Shown here piece by piece: positions 9,131-17,683 of a DNA stretch of 60,116 nt. Location: NCBI GenBank assembly GCA_964250915.1, contig CAXUIS010000002.1, forward strand, positions 18,736 to 78,851, read 5' to 3'. Below the pieces are notes generated by a model. The model was not told the origin of the DNA. It did not search any database and was given only the letters and a program-made list of their open reading frames with translations. The translations under genes were made by a program, and so were the position numbers. How positions within the stretch are numbered: the first letter of the stretch is position 1; every line of letters starts with the position of its first letter. The DNA is from an uncultured Ktedonobacteraceae bacterium. Its GTDB lineage: Bacteria > Chloroflexota > Ktedonobacteria > Ktedonobacterales > Ktedonobacteraceae.

Positions 9131-9229
9131 AAAAAGATATCCTATAGAAAGAGAACGCTTCCATCCCGTTTCCTAGAACGGGACGGGTACTCTCGCTCGT
9201 TTTTTATAGATAGGAGCATACATATGCCT

Positions 9230-10015
9230 TTAAAAACCCACAAATGCGACAACACCGATGGCGATGAGCACAAGCGAGGTAATGGTGTTTGCGTTGTTTT
9301 CAAGCCACGCACCCTTAACTTGATAGCCAGCAAGCGTTGCAAGTACGGTTAGACCAATAAAGGTGGCAATCGTGAGTGCTGCAAAGACGGCTAGCACACC
9401 GACCACCGCCCCTCCTCCAATCGCACTCGCAGCCAGTGCGACAGGTAGAATGGTTAGATCAGGAGATGCAGCGACTCCAAATGGTACAGCAATAGCAGCA
9501 AGTTTTCCAGCAAGTGTTTGCTGATTAGCAGGTTTTGCTGTTGCATGGAGATGCTGGGAAGAATGGTCATGATCATGCTCTTCATGCTCATGAGAATGCT
9601 CTTCTCTCTGTTCATGATCGTGCATATGCTCTTCATTATGACTGCGAGCAGTTAGAGTGTCGTGGTTGTGCGTATGACCTTCCCCTGAGTGACTATGCCC
9701 ATGTCCACCACCAATAAACCCCCAAAGCAAGAAACCAAGTCCAGTCAGGACAAGAATCCCACCAATGATGTGACCTTGTTGTGTATCTAATTGACGTTGA
9801 AACTGCAATCCGATAATGGCGACAATACCTCCTAAAATAAGAGAGGCGACAACATGCCCCACGGAAGCCAATGCACTAACACGAGTGACTCGTGGCAAAC
9901 TCCAACGCTGTGTACGTGCAACAATGGCAAGTGGAACCCAATGGTCGGGAAGAATGGAATGTAAAATCGCAACGATAGCCGCCGCGCCCAAGAGGAGGAG
10001 TAAAGATGTGTGCAT
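9230..10015 (-). CDS. RcnA/NicO-like metal (Ni/Co) efflux permease with His-rich cytoplasmic loop
   Basis: N-terminal helix with the HSILPDHW motif, a central loop GHGHSHSGEGHTHNHD...HMHDHEQREEHSHEHEEHDHDH, and C-terminal TM bundle. The architecture parallels E. coli RcnA. It lies downstream of an ArsR gene. Confidence 0.55.
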   Translation of the reverse strand: MHTSLLLLLGAAAIVAILHSILPDHWVPLAIVARTQRWSLPRVTRVSALASVGHVVASLILGGIVAIIGLQFQRQLDTQQGHIIGGILVLTGLGFLLWGFIGGGHGHSHSGEGHTHNHDTLTARSHNEEHMHDHEQREEHSHEHEEHDHDHSSQHLHATAKPANQQTLAGKLAAIAVPFGVAASPDLTILPVALAASAIGGGAVVGVLAVFAALTIATFIGLTVLATLAGYQVKGAWLENNANTITSLVLIAIGVVAFVGF

Positions 10016-10143
10016 AGTGTTCGCCTTGCCTTTCTGTTCTTTTAAAATGTTTTTGTAGAAAACGTTAAATGCTTATCTGCTCACTTACTCATATAACAAG
10101 GGTGTATATATGCGGCTCTTCTTAAAATAAGCCGCATTTGGTT

Positions 10144-10557
10144 CTAAGCGTTGTGATGATCAGGCAGATTGTAGTATACGTGGTCGGCATGGTTTTCCGC
10201 TTCTCGGAAGAGGACAGCGAGGTGGCTGTCATCCAGCGAATAGTAGATAGTAGTGCCTTCACGCCGCTGTTTTACCAGCCGTCGATCTTTTAAGAAGCGC
10301 ATTTGGTGCGACACGGCCGACTCCGAGACGCCAACTAGAATAGCGAGGTCTCGAACACAGCATGAGCGTTTCACCAGCGCATAAAGTATTTTTACTCGTG
10401 TTGGATCACTGAGTGCCTGAAACGTACCAGAGACGACACCGATTAATGCATCTGACGGAGCCGAGGCTTGTAGTTCTGCGACTGTATCAGGATCAATTGG
10501 CGTCAAGCCAAGTATCTGTTCTTCCTGTTTCCTATGTATATCTGAGTGCATACTCAT
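10144..10557 (-). CDS. ArsR/SmtB family metal-responsive transcriptional repressor
   Basis: LSDPTRVKILYAL...CCVRDLAILVGVSESAVSHQMRFLKDRRLV winged-HTH with a CC metal-site motif. Confidence 0.85.
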   Translation of the reverse strand: MSMHSDIHRKQEEQILGLTPIDPDTVAELQASAPSDALIGVVSGTFQALSDPTRVKILYALVKRSCCVRDLAILVGVSESAVSHQMRFLKDRRLVKQRREGTTIYYSLDDSHLAVLFREAENHADHVYYNLPDHHNA

Positions 10558-10601
10558 ATAATACCTTATTCTTAATCTTTTGTCAAGGAAATACAGCTTG
10601 A

Positions 10602-11375
10602 CTAGAAGGTTAACTCGTCACCACTACGGAGTACACGTGGCTTTCCATCTCTACCAAATACCTTGACGGTCTGCCTACCCATGACACGCCAGTGTGCCAT
10701 TGTACTAGAGGTTTCGTTTGACTCGATACGTACCAAGGCCGTATCCTCGTCGATGCCTACCACTGTGTATAGCTCGGAGACAGAGTGCATCAGAGACGCG
10801 AAACGTTCTTGATCTAAGAAACCTGCCATACGATCAAAATGAGGGAAGACAATGACGTTGGGCACAATACCCATTGCCTCGACAAAGACCACTGGCTCTC
10901 CCATCATGACCTGCCGTATTGAGATTGTGCGTGCGCTCAGCATCATAGCACCAGCACTACATCCCGCGAGAACTGCTCCACGATTGTACGCGCTTTTGAT
11001 GATATCCCATGCAGGTGAGTCGCGCAGTGTCTCTATTGTATGCTGAGGATTGCCACCAGAAAAATAGTAGAAATCGGCTCCCTGTAGTAAGGCAAGTTGC
11101 TCTGCATCAAAGGCACTGTTACGATCAATAATGCGTGTCGCGCGTATATCTTTCACGCCTAGCTTCTTGAAGTGGTTCATACCAAGATTATTCCACGAGG
11201 TGGGGCCATTTGGCTCTAAACCACTCGCCGTTGGAAGCAGAGCTACTTTCGCTGCACTTGCTCCGCCGACGGTGTTCAAAAGATATGTGTCAGTCTCGTT
11301 CATAACGTCAAGGTATTCTCCTGAGCCTACCAAGGCAACTGCTCCTGGGCTAGGATGTTGGCTATCAGATACCAT
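10602..11375 (-). CDS. Peptidase S51 (cyanophycinase / dipeptidase E-like) family protein
   Basis: FSGGNPQH...GAVLAGCSAGAMML nucleophile-elbow Ser motif and a downstream His (FPHFD). GAAGGA SD. Confidence 0.75.
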   Translation of the reverse strand: MVSDSQHPSPGAVALVGSGEYLDVMNETDTYLLNTVGGASAAKVALLPTASGLEPNGPTSWNNLGMNHFKKLGVKDIRATRIIDRNSAFDAEQLALLQGADFYYFSGGNPQHTIETLRDSPAWDIIKSAYNRGAVLAGCSAGAMMLSARTISIRQVMMGEPVVFVEAMGIVPNVIVFPHFDRMAGFLDQERFASLMHSVSELYTVVGIDEDTALVRIESNETSSTMAHWRVMGRQTVKVFGRDGKPRVLRSGDELTF

Positions 11376-11423
11376 GTGCTGTTTTTTCCTTCTGTGAGCT
11401 ATAGAACAAAATTGGAAGTTGAG

Positions 11424-13028
11424 CTAGCAATCGAGGGCAATACTGATGCCTCCCTGTTCTGCGGAATGTTTTGCGGCTTCCATCACCATGATGTTGCGTC
11501 TCGACTCTTCAGGTGGAACAGCTAGTGCTTCACCTGAATGCAGGTGATTCGCCAGATTTCGATGGAAGGCGTAGAGCGGGGCAGGAGGCAGCACAAGATG
11601 CTGCTGCTGAATTATGCCACTACTATCACGAGTGGAAACTACAAGATCGGGTAATGCTTCCGATGGTGCAAGTTGCTCTTCAATAAGATCGCCAGACCAA
11701 CGGCGTGTCTGAATTGTCTCCTGGCGCCAGTTCCCTACGATGGCTCCTTTTTCTCCTAGAATATACCACTTTGGCTTCATGGCCGCGGCAATATCAGAGT
11801 GCATAAATTCGGCTTCCTGACCACTAGCGAAGCATAAGGAGATGTTCGCTTGATCGGCATTAGTTACATCGTGCCAAACACGCTTGTGTTTCACACCGCG
11901 CACATAGGCTAGACGGTCAGGGATAAGTTGCAATATCCAATCCAGGTAGTGTGACCCCCAGTCATAAAAGACGCCACCAGAGATTGGCTCATGAGAATGC
12001 CAGTAATCGCAGGGATGTGCATAACCGCCAATAAATGTTTCCATGTGGAAAATCGGACCAATACTTCCACTTTTGACAATTTGTTGAATCGCAAGGTAGT
12101 CGGGGTCCCAACGTCTACATTGGTAGACGGTAAGTGTCCGTTGAAAGTCATTAGCTAGCGCAATCATAGCGTCAGCTTCAGCAGTGGTCAAACAAAAGGG
12201 CTTTTCGCTGACAACGTGCTTACCTGCATGAAGCATCTGCATAGTTATTGCAGCGTGCGTATTAGGTGGAGTAGAAATAATCACTACGTCAATATTTGGG
12301 TCCTCTGCCACTTCCGTCAAGTTTGTGCAAGTACGGATGCCAGGAAAGGCGGTTCGTGCCGCAAGCAAACGATCCTCGTTACGGTCACATACCAGCGCGT
12401 ACTCTAGCCCCGGAGTATTACTAATAGCGGTTCCATGTTCTAAACCGATGGCACCATAGCCAATCATTGCCACGCGGGCGGCCTTTTCTGTTGTATTAGC
12501 ACCAGCAGCATAGCGAATAGCACGTGCCATCATTTGTTGAAACATGGGATGTGCTTGCGTCTCTGGTGTATTTCCCAGTGTTGTACAGAAGACTTTACCT
12601 TGACCATAGGAACGGGTATATGCGACAGCGTATGATGCATACTGCCATGTAGTACGCCATAGAACTTCAGCGTCAGGAGGAGTTCTTTCTAGCAGGTAGA
12701 GCGACGCAAGCATGGTGAAGGTGGAGTCAACGCGACGTGTAAGATAAGAGTCGAGGGTTGCCACACGCACAATGATCTCGCAGAGTGGAGTATACATTCC
12801 ACGGACCGAGCCTAGTACAGTACCTAGCATATCGCATTCGTGGTACATCTCCACTGCATTTCCACTGCATACTAATCCACCACCATTTTCGACAAATGTA
12901 CAGAGGGCTTTCTCTTGTCGAGGAGTGAGCGGTCCTGCACTTCCATCGAGCAGAACAACGTGCTGTGGAATGAGATGAGCAAACATCTCCGGGTCTGTAA
13001 CTATCGAGACATCTTCTCTCGCAAGCAT
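11424..13028 (-). CDS. ThuA-like domain fused to Gfo/Idh/MocA NAD(P)-dependent sugar oxidoreductase
   Basis: N-terminal ThuA-like part (LLDGSAG...FVENGGGLVCSGNA) and a C-terminal Rossmann fold (VAMIGYGAIGLEHG...EKPF). Start set to the ATG at 13028, preceded by AAGGAG. The longer ORF to 13202 would overlap cysS. Confidence 0.75.
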   Translation of the reverse strand: MLAREDVSIVTDPEMFAHLIPQHVVLLDGSAGPLTPRQEKALCTFVENGGGLVCSGNAVEMYHECDMLGTVLGSVRGMYTPLCEIIVRVATLDSYLTRRVDSTFTMLASLYLLERTPPDAEVLWRTTWQYASYAVAYTRSYGQGKVFCTTLGNTPETQAHPMFQQMMARAIRYAAGANTTEKAARVAMIGYGAIGLEHGTAISNTPGLEYALVCDRNEDRLLAARTAFPGIRTCTNLTEVAEDPNIDVVIISTPPNTHAAITMQMLHAGKHVVSEKPFCLTTAEADAMIALANDFQRTLTVYQCRRWDPDYLAIQQIVKSGSIGPIFHMETFIGGYAHPCDYWHSHEPISGGVFYDWGSHYLDWILQLIPDRLAYVRGVKHKRVWHDVTNADQANISLCFASGQEAEFMHSDIAAAMKPKWYILGEKGAIVGNWRQETIQTRRWSGDLIEEQLAPSEALPDLVVSTRDSSGIIQQQHLVLPPAPLYAFHRNLANHLHSGEALAVPPEESRRNIMVMEAAKHSAEQGGISIALDC

Positions 13029-13059
13029 GTGGGATATGACTCCTTTTTCTATTTGGCTA

Positions 13060-15459
13060 TTATAGCTCATGAGTATGAGGATGTTCGTGAGAGTGATCGG
13101 GTAAATGCTGATGTGTATGACTATGCATTGTACCCGTGGTTGGAAGTTCTTCTGGTGTGTGCGTGTGCGTCCCTTCAAGATGGAAGGGATGGCTATGACC
13201 ATGCCAGAACTGTTCTGGATTATAATTAGCTACAAGCAAACTCTCGCCATGATGCCAGCGATCACGGAAGATGTCATAGTTCTTTTTGCTTTTCGTGCGG
13301 CGTTCCTCCTCGCTAAGACTATACCATTCACGGTGCGGATGCTTCTCGATGAGCATTTCCACCTCTGGAGTTGTCACTGCACGATAGCCCGCCGCCTTAA
13401 AAAAGAAGCTATAGAAAATGTCCATCAAACGGTAGAAACGGAATTTTTCGTCGATCCAACCTACTTCATGCAAGAGTTCTCGCCGGAAGGCTATAAGATA
13501 GCCCTCAATCGCATCGGCATCCTGTTCCGAAGATTCATGGAATTCACGCAAGTCCTCTGTAACCAAACCATAAGGACCTGCAATACCCACACGTGCATTA
13601 GTGAGTGCTGTAGCTAAGGGTGTCCAAATATCCCCTTTGACCTCGATAGAGGTATCCATAAGTATCACATAATGCCCTCTACTCACACGCATAGTTGCAT
13701 TACGACCCGCAGCAAAGCCCATATTATGATCTGCAAAAAGAACGTGTAGACCAATGGTTTGCCCCTCCTCACTGGTCAAATCCCCCTGACGAGCAAGTTG
13801 CTGAAGATATGGAAGTGTTTCATCAGTTGAACCATTGTCAATCACAACTATTTCTATGGTATGGCTTCCAGCATGACGACGAATACTTTCTATACAACGT
13901 GCTACATCGTCCTTACTATTATGTGCCAACAGATTCACCGAAAACTCGAAGAGGTCGGACAGATACGTGTTGTCTTGAGCATCGGAAGAGTGAGCAAGGA
14001 CAGGAAACTCTTCGTCCAGACGACGCGGTAAGACGAGCGAACCACGCTGAGTATCTCTCACAACATATCCCGTGTGGTTCAGTTGTTGGCGTATAGTATC
14101 GGCCTGCTGGTAGTCGTGCTGAAGACGCAATGCCTGGCGTGTCCGCACTTGAGTAGCAACAGGCGAGGGCACAGCAGCAAGATAGGTAGTTGGTTCGCTC
14201 AAACGTCGAGGTAAGTCACTCTGAAGATACGCTTTGAGACCAAAGCCAAGAATGCGGTCCATGTCAAAAAGGACGCGTAACTTTGTGACGGGTGTTTCTT
14301 GTGAACGCAACATAGCCCAGACAACAGCCATAGCCCGTGGCATATTCAAATCGTTCTCCACCTCGGCAAGAAATGCATCGCGCCACTGGCGTCCCTCGTC
14401 CTGTAGTGGCTTATCAGAAAAGACAGCGTTCTCGTCTGCTTGTGTGAGCAGATGATAGGCTAGATTTCTCAGCCGTTCCAGTGATGTTTGTGCAGCTTGT
14501 AGAGCGCGGAAGGTAAAATTGAGACGACTACGATAGAGTGCAGTTGTATAGAAGTAGCGCAGAGCCATTGGTTCAAAGCCACGCGAAGCGACTTCCGCAC
14601 GAGTATAAGCATTACCAGTAGACTTTGCCATTTTCTGACCATCAGCGAGAAGGTGCTGGGCGTGCAACCAATAGTTGACAAACTGTTCACCCGAAAAGCC
14701 TTCGCTTTGCGCGATTTCGTCTTCATGATGTGGGAAAATGTTGTCAACACCACCTGTATGCAGATCGAAATGCGTACCTAGATACTTTGTGGACATCGCA
14801 CTACATTCAATATGCCAACCGGGGAAGCCACGACCCCAGGGACTCTCCCACGCCATCTCGCGTCCAGATTCGGCTACCTTCCATAATGGAAAATCTTCCA
14901 CGTTATGTCGGTCAGCATCAACACCCTCGTGAACACCTGCCATCATATGTTCAAGTAGGTTGCCAGACAACTTACCATACTCAGGGAAGCGTTTGATATC
15001 AAAGTACACATTGCCATTGACTTCATAGGCAATACCCTTTGCCTCTAATATTGAAATAATCTCGATCATTTCAGGTACGTGTTGCGTAGCGCGTGGAAAG
15101 ATATGTGCAGGTAGGATATTTAATAACGCTTCGTCTTCATGAAACGCTTCTGTATAAAATTGGGCGATTTGAAGCGATGACTTGCCTTCTTTACGTGCCT
15201 GTGCCTCAACCTTATCTTCGCCCTCATCTACCACTTCCCGCCGCATATGCCCTACATCAGTGATATTTTTCACATGTAGGACCTCAATCCCCCGATACTC
15301 AAAGGCTCTTCGTATCCAGTCCGCCATCGTAAAGGTACGCAGATTGCCAATATGTATATAGCGATAGACGGTAGGGCCACAGGAATACATTTTGATTCGT
15401 CCATGCTCCATAGGAACAATCTCTTCTATCTCGCGTGTCAGGGTATTATAAATCCTCAT
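13060..15459 (-). CDS. cysS: Cysteine--tRNA ligase fused to a GT2 glycosyltransferase domain and a His-rich tail
   Basis: One open frame. The CysRS part has CGPTVY, HIGN, WHIECS, FPHHEDE and KMAKS, with a complete C-terminal domain ending about ...VVRDTQRGSLV. The GT-A/GT2 part has VIDNGSTDET and NMGFAAGRN. Tail: HSHTHQHLPDHSHEHPHTHEL. ATG at 15459 with GGAGG SD. Confidence 0.85.
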   Translation of the reverse strand: MRIYNTLTREIEEIVPMEHGRIKMYSCGPTVYRYIHIGNLRTFTMADWIRRAFEYRGIEVLHVKNITDVGHMRREVVDEGEDKVEAQARKEGKSSLQIAQFYTEAFHEDEALLNILPAHIFPRATQHVPEMIEIISILEAKGIAYEVNGNVYFDIKRFPEYGKLSGNLLEHMMAGVHEGVDADRHNVEDFPLWKVAESGREMAWESPWGRGFPGWHIECSAMSTKYLGTHFDLHTGGVDNIFPHHEDEIAQSEGFSGEQFVNYWLHAQHLLADGQKMAKSTGNAYTRAEVASRGFEPMALRYFYTTALYRSRLNFTFRALQAAQTSLERLRNLAYHLLTQADENAVFSDKPLQDEGRQWRDAFLAEVENDLNMPRAMAVVWAMLRSQETPVTKLRVLFDMDRILGFGLKAYLQSDLPRRLSEPTTYLAAVPSPVATQVRTRQALRLQHDYQQADTIRQQLNHTGYVVRDTQRGSLVLPRRLDEEFPVLAHSSDAQDNTYLSDLFEFSVNLLAHNSKDDVARCIESIRRHAGSHTIEIVVIDNGSTDETLPYLQQLARQGDLTSEEGQTIGLHVLFADHNMGFAAGRNATMRVSRGHYVILMDTSIEVKGDIWTPLATALTNARVGIAGPYGLVTEDLREFHESSEQDADAIEGYLIAFRRELLHEVGWIDEKFRFYRLMDIFYSFFFKAAGYRAVTTPEVEMLIEKHPHREWYSLSEEERRTKSKKNYDIFRDRWHHGESLLVANYNPEQFWHGHSHPFHLEGTHTHTPEELPTTGTMHSHTHQHLPDHSHEHPHTHEL

Positions 15460-15627
15460 AGGCCATACCTCCACCGGAAATATTTGCAAACTAGTATTAC
15501 TCTTCTTTAAGAGTCATGAGCAAACGGAAATGAGTAATATGAAAATGCGCAGGACAGGTTATGCAGATTAATAAATATTTCGTTTATCTGCATTATTGCG
15601 TCCTCATAATGGGTAATTTGCTAACGA

Positions 15628-15652
15628 GGACACCGTAAATTGGTCCCTACAA
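15628..15652. repeat. Degenerate solo arm of repeat family B
   Basis: GGACACCGTAAATTGGTCCCTACAA versus GGACGCCGTAAACGTGATCCCTAC at 304-327: same orientation, about 19 of 24 identical with one indel. Confidence 0.4.
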
Positions 15653-15693
15653 GAACACATATGTAACATTTCAGTATACAACAGAACAATAGG

Positions 15694-16170
15694 CTATTGC
15701 TCGTCCACTTCTTGAAGCAGATGCTCCGCCTCTTGCTGTATCTGTTGCCAGCATGCATCACAATAACCTGTTGCCAATAAGCCAAGAGAAAGGGTGTGAT
15801 AGTGGTATTGCTCCTGCAAACGTTCGTGCAGGTCGCCCAAGAGGGCATCATCAAGGTGTATCATCGTTTTGCACTTCTTACAGACAAGGTGATGATGACT
15901 CTTCCCTTGTGACATTTCATAGTGAGGAGGTTCACCAGGCAAGTGATTTTCGTGTATCAGGCCCAGCTCAGTGAGCAATTCTAGTGTACGATAGATTGTT
16001 GAGAGACTCACCCGTGGATTGTATATTTGCACCCGCTCCGCGATTTGCTCAAGAGTAACGTGACCTTTTGCCTCCTGAATCACACTCAAGACAAGGTAAC
16101 GCTGTGGTGTTAAGCGATAACCGCGTTTGTGTAGTAAATCGTTACTCGAATCAACATAGTGATGCATCAT
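15694..16170 (-). CDS. Fur family metalloregulator (Fur/Zur/Nur type undetermined)
   Basis: LTPQRYLVLSVI...STIYRTLELL winged helix, HHHLVCKKC and YCDAC metal sites. Start set to the ATG at 16170; the extended ORF overlaps the upstream permease. Confidence 0.8.
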   Translation of the reverse strand: MMHHYVDSSNDLLHKRGYRLTPQRYLVLSVIQEAKGHVTLEQIAERVQIYNPRVSLSTIYRTLELLTELGLIHENHLPGEPPHYEMSQGKSHHHLVCKKCKTMIHLDDALLGDLHERLQEQYHYHTLSLGLLATGYCDACWQQIQQEAEHLLQEVDEQ

Positions 16171-16243
16171 GCATGTCCTTTTCTCGCTTCCCAACAGTAG
16201 TCTCTCTACAGATATCGTAACATTAGCGTCAACATGACTGTTT

Positions 16244-17419
16244 CTAAAAACTACCTTTGCTTCTTGATACTTCCTCTGACGCAAGTGGAGTTGGAGTACT
16301 TGCAATTCCGCTTACTGCTTTTGAGGGTATGAAAAGTGGTTGTGTTGTTTTCACTTCAAGGTCGTCGTATCGCTTCACCTTATAAATCACAGTCGATATA
16401 ACCCAACTAAGAATAAAGAGGCCAATAATGATGCCTCCTAGAATTCCAAAATCCAGGTTGACCAACGAGTCCCATAAACCACCTGTGAGATGAAACACGG
16501 TTGCGATGATGCTAAGAACTTCAATTCCACCCACGACCACCGCAACAAGCACGGAAACAAGCGTAATATTCAAATTGTAGTAGAGTTTGCGTACAGGTTT
16601 GACGAAAGCCCACCCATAGGCACCAAGCATAAGGATACCATCGGTAGTGTCAAGCAGGCACATACCAGCCGTAAAGAGCATGGGAAAGATCAAGATATAG
16701 AGGATGGGCATACCTTTGCCAACAGCAGTAGCAGCAATGCCTAACAATCCTACCTCAGTTGCCGTGTCAAAACCCAGTCCAAACAGCACGCCCACTGGAT
16801 ACATCTTCCAACTCGCATCTACCATGCGCAACAATGGACGAAAAAATCGACCCATGATCCCACGCTGGTTCAAAAACTCATCGAGCGTTTGTTCGCTATA
16901 CTCTTCACCACGCCTTACTTTCTGGAATGCCTGGAAAATCTCCCACAACACAAGACCATTGATGAGGGCGATCACAAACAGAAAAGTTGCGGATACCGAT
17001 AAACCAATCAACCCACCTGCGTTTTTCAAAGCAGGAATACTGCCCTGAATAAAGGTTGCGGCAAGAGCGATAGCTACAGATAAAGCTACCACAACCGTGG
17101 AATGACCAAGCGAGAAGAAAAATCCGACGCCAATAGGTCGTTTGTTTTCCTGCATCAACTTGCGTGTCACGTTATCAATCGCGGAAATATGATCTGCATC
17201 AACAGAATGACGGAGCCCAAAAGTATAGGCTAAAAGTGCTGTTCCCAGGAGTTCGGGATATCGCACACCAAAACCTGCAAATGCAAAGACCCATGCAAGA
17301 ATGTTAAAAGCGATGAGAAACACATAGATACCTATGATTTTGTTACGTAACTCGCTTGGGCTATCATTGAAGACGCGAGTAATGGCTGAAATACCAAAGC
17401 TATTAGCTCTACTACTCAT
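16244..17419 (-). CDS. HoxN/HupN/NixA (NiCoT) family nickel/cobalt permease
   Basis: Signature HSVDADHISAIDN in TM2 and GLGFDTATEV. AGGAGG SD before the ATG. Confidence 0.85.
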   Translation of the reverse strand: MSSRANSFGISAITRVFNDSPSELRNKIIGIYVFLIAFNILAWVFAFAGFGVRYPELLGTALLAYTFGLRHSVDADHISAIDNVTRKLMQENKRPIGVGFFFSLGHSTVVVALSVAIALAATFIQGSIPALKNAGGLIGLSVSATFLFVIALINGLVLWEIFQAFQKVRRGEEYSEQTLDEFLNQRGIMGRFFRPLLRMVDASWKMYPVGVLFGLGFDTATEVGLLGIAATAVGKGMPILYILIFPMLFTAGMCLLDTTDGILMLGAYGWAFVKPVRKLYYNLNITLVSVLVAVVVGGIEVLSIIATVFHLTGGLWDSLVNLDFGILGGIIIGLFILSWVISTVIYKVKRYDDLEVKTTQPLFIPSKAVSGIASTPTPLASEEVSRSKGSF

Positions 17420-17542
17420 GGAACCTCCTGAACATACTAAGCAGCACGAATTGAAAACGGGTGGGAATTATTCTACTAACGAAGAAACAGGCTGCATTAT
17501 TTTGCGCTACGGGGATGACGTGTATATAGGATTAATTTGGCA

Positions 17543-17611
17543 GAAAACACGTGTGTTTTCTTTAGAGAGTATACCAGCAAAAATACGTAATTGCAAATTT
17601 TTATCATTTGC
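17543..17611. promoter_or_regulatory. Two palindromes in the NiCoT 5' region (candidate metalloregulator operators)
   Basis: GAAAACAC-GT-GTGTTTTC (17543-17560) and GCAAAT-N7-ATTTGC (17593-17611), 124-192 nt upstream of the permease ATG in a divergent intergenic region. Confidence 0.3.
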
Positions 17612-17683
17612 TTCTATTTAGTGCCAAACTTCTCGGTGGTATACTGCTAGCAAATCATATATCTATTCTTGAAAGGTACGTCT

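Larger units (their letters stand above)
7790..9229 (-). mobile_element. IS200/IS605-family element of the tnpB-only (IS1341-like) type; ends approximate
   Basis: tnpB without tnpA. Subterminal hairpin TCCCGTT-TCCTAG-AACGGGA at 9164-9183 upstream of tnpB (left-end-like). The element must fit between the neighbouring gene stop (9230) and the recombinase-like gene SD (about 7790). Confidence 0.45.

Noticed and set aside
9454-9717. ORFs 9454-9636 (-) and 9535-9717 (+) rich in His, Met and Leu
   Set aside because: They are alternative-frame or antisense readings of the His-rich loop coding region (CAT/CAC repeats) of the RcnA-like gene.
10110-10137. 8-bp hairpin ATGCGGCT-N12-AGCCGCAT between arsR and the exporter gene as a terminator
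   Set aside because: The stem is short, the loop is 12 nt and there is no U-tract on the transcribed strand. The two genes are more likely co-transcribed.
13029-13202. N-terminal extension of the ThuA/Gfo ORF (592-aa version), and the plus-strand ORFs 12915-13229 and 13105-13617
   Set aside because: The extension overlaps the His-rich 3' end of cysS. An internal ATG at 13028 has an AAGGAG SD and marks where family similarity begins. The plus-strand ORFs are antisense shadows of cysS.
15460-15693. Possible T-box leader upstream of cysS
   Set aside because: Hairpins are present, but I could not find the conserved T-box sequence (…GGTGGTACCGCG-like) or a specifier-loop layout. A covariance-model scan (RF00230) would settle it.
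16171-16305. Longer Fur-family ORF start (203-aa version) overlapping the NiCoT gene
   Set aside because: Family similarity begins near the MMHHY start at 16170, and the extension overlaps the permease 3' end by 62 nt.
17420-17683. Possible cobalamin or NiCo riboswitch upstream of the Ni/Co permease
   Set aside because: No B12-box or czcD-motif-like core is recognisable by eye. The region was kept only as a candidate operator region.
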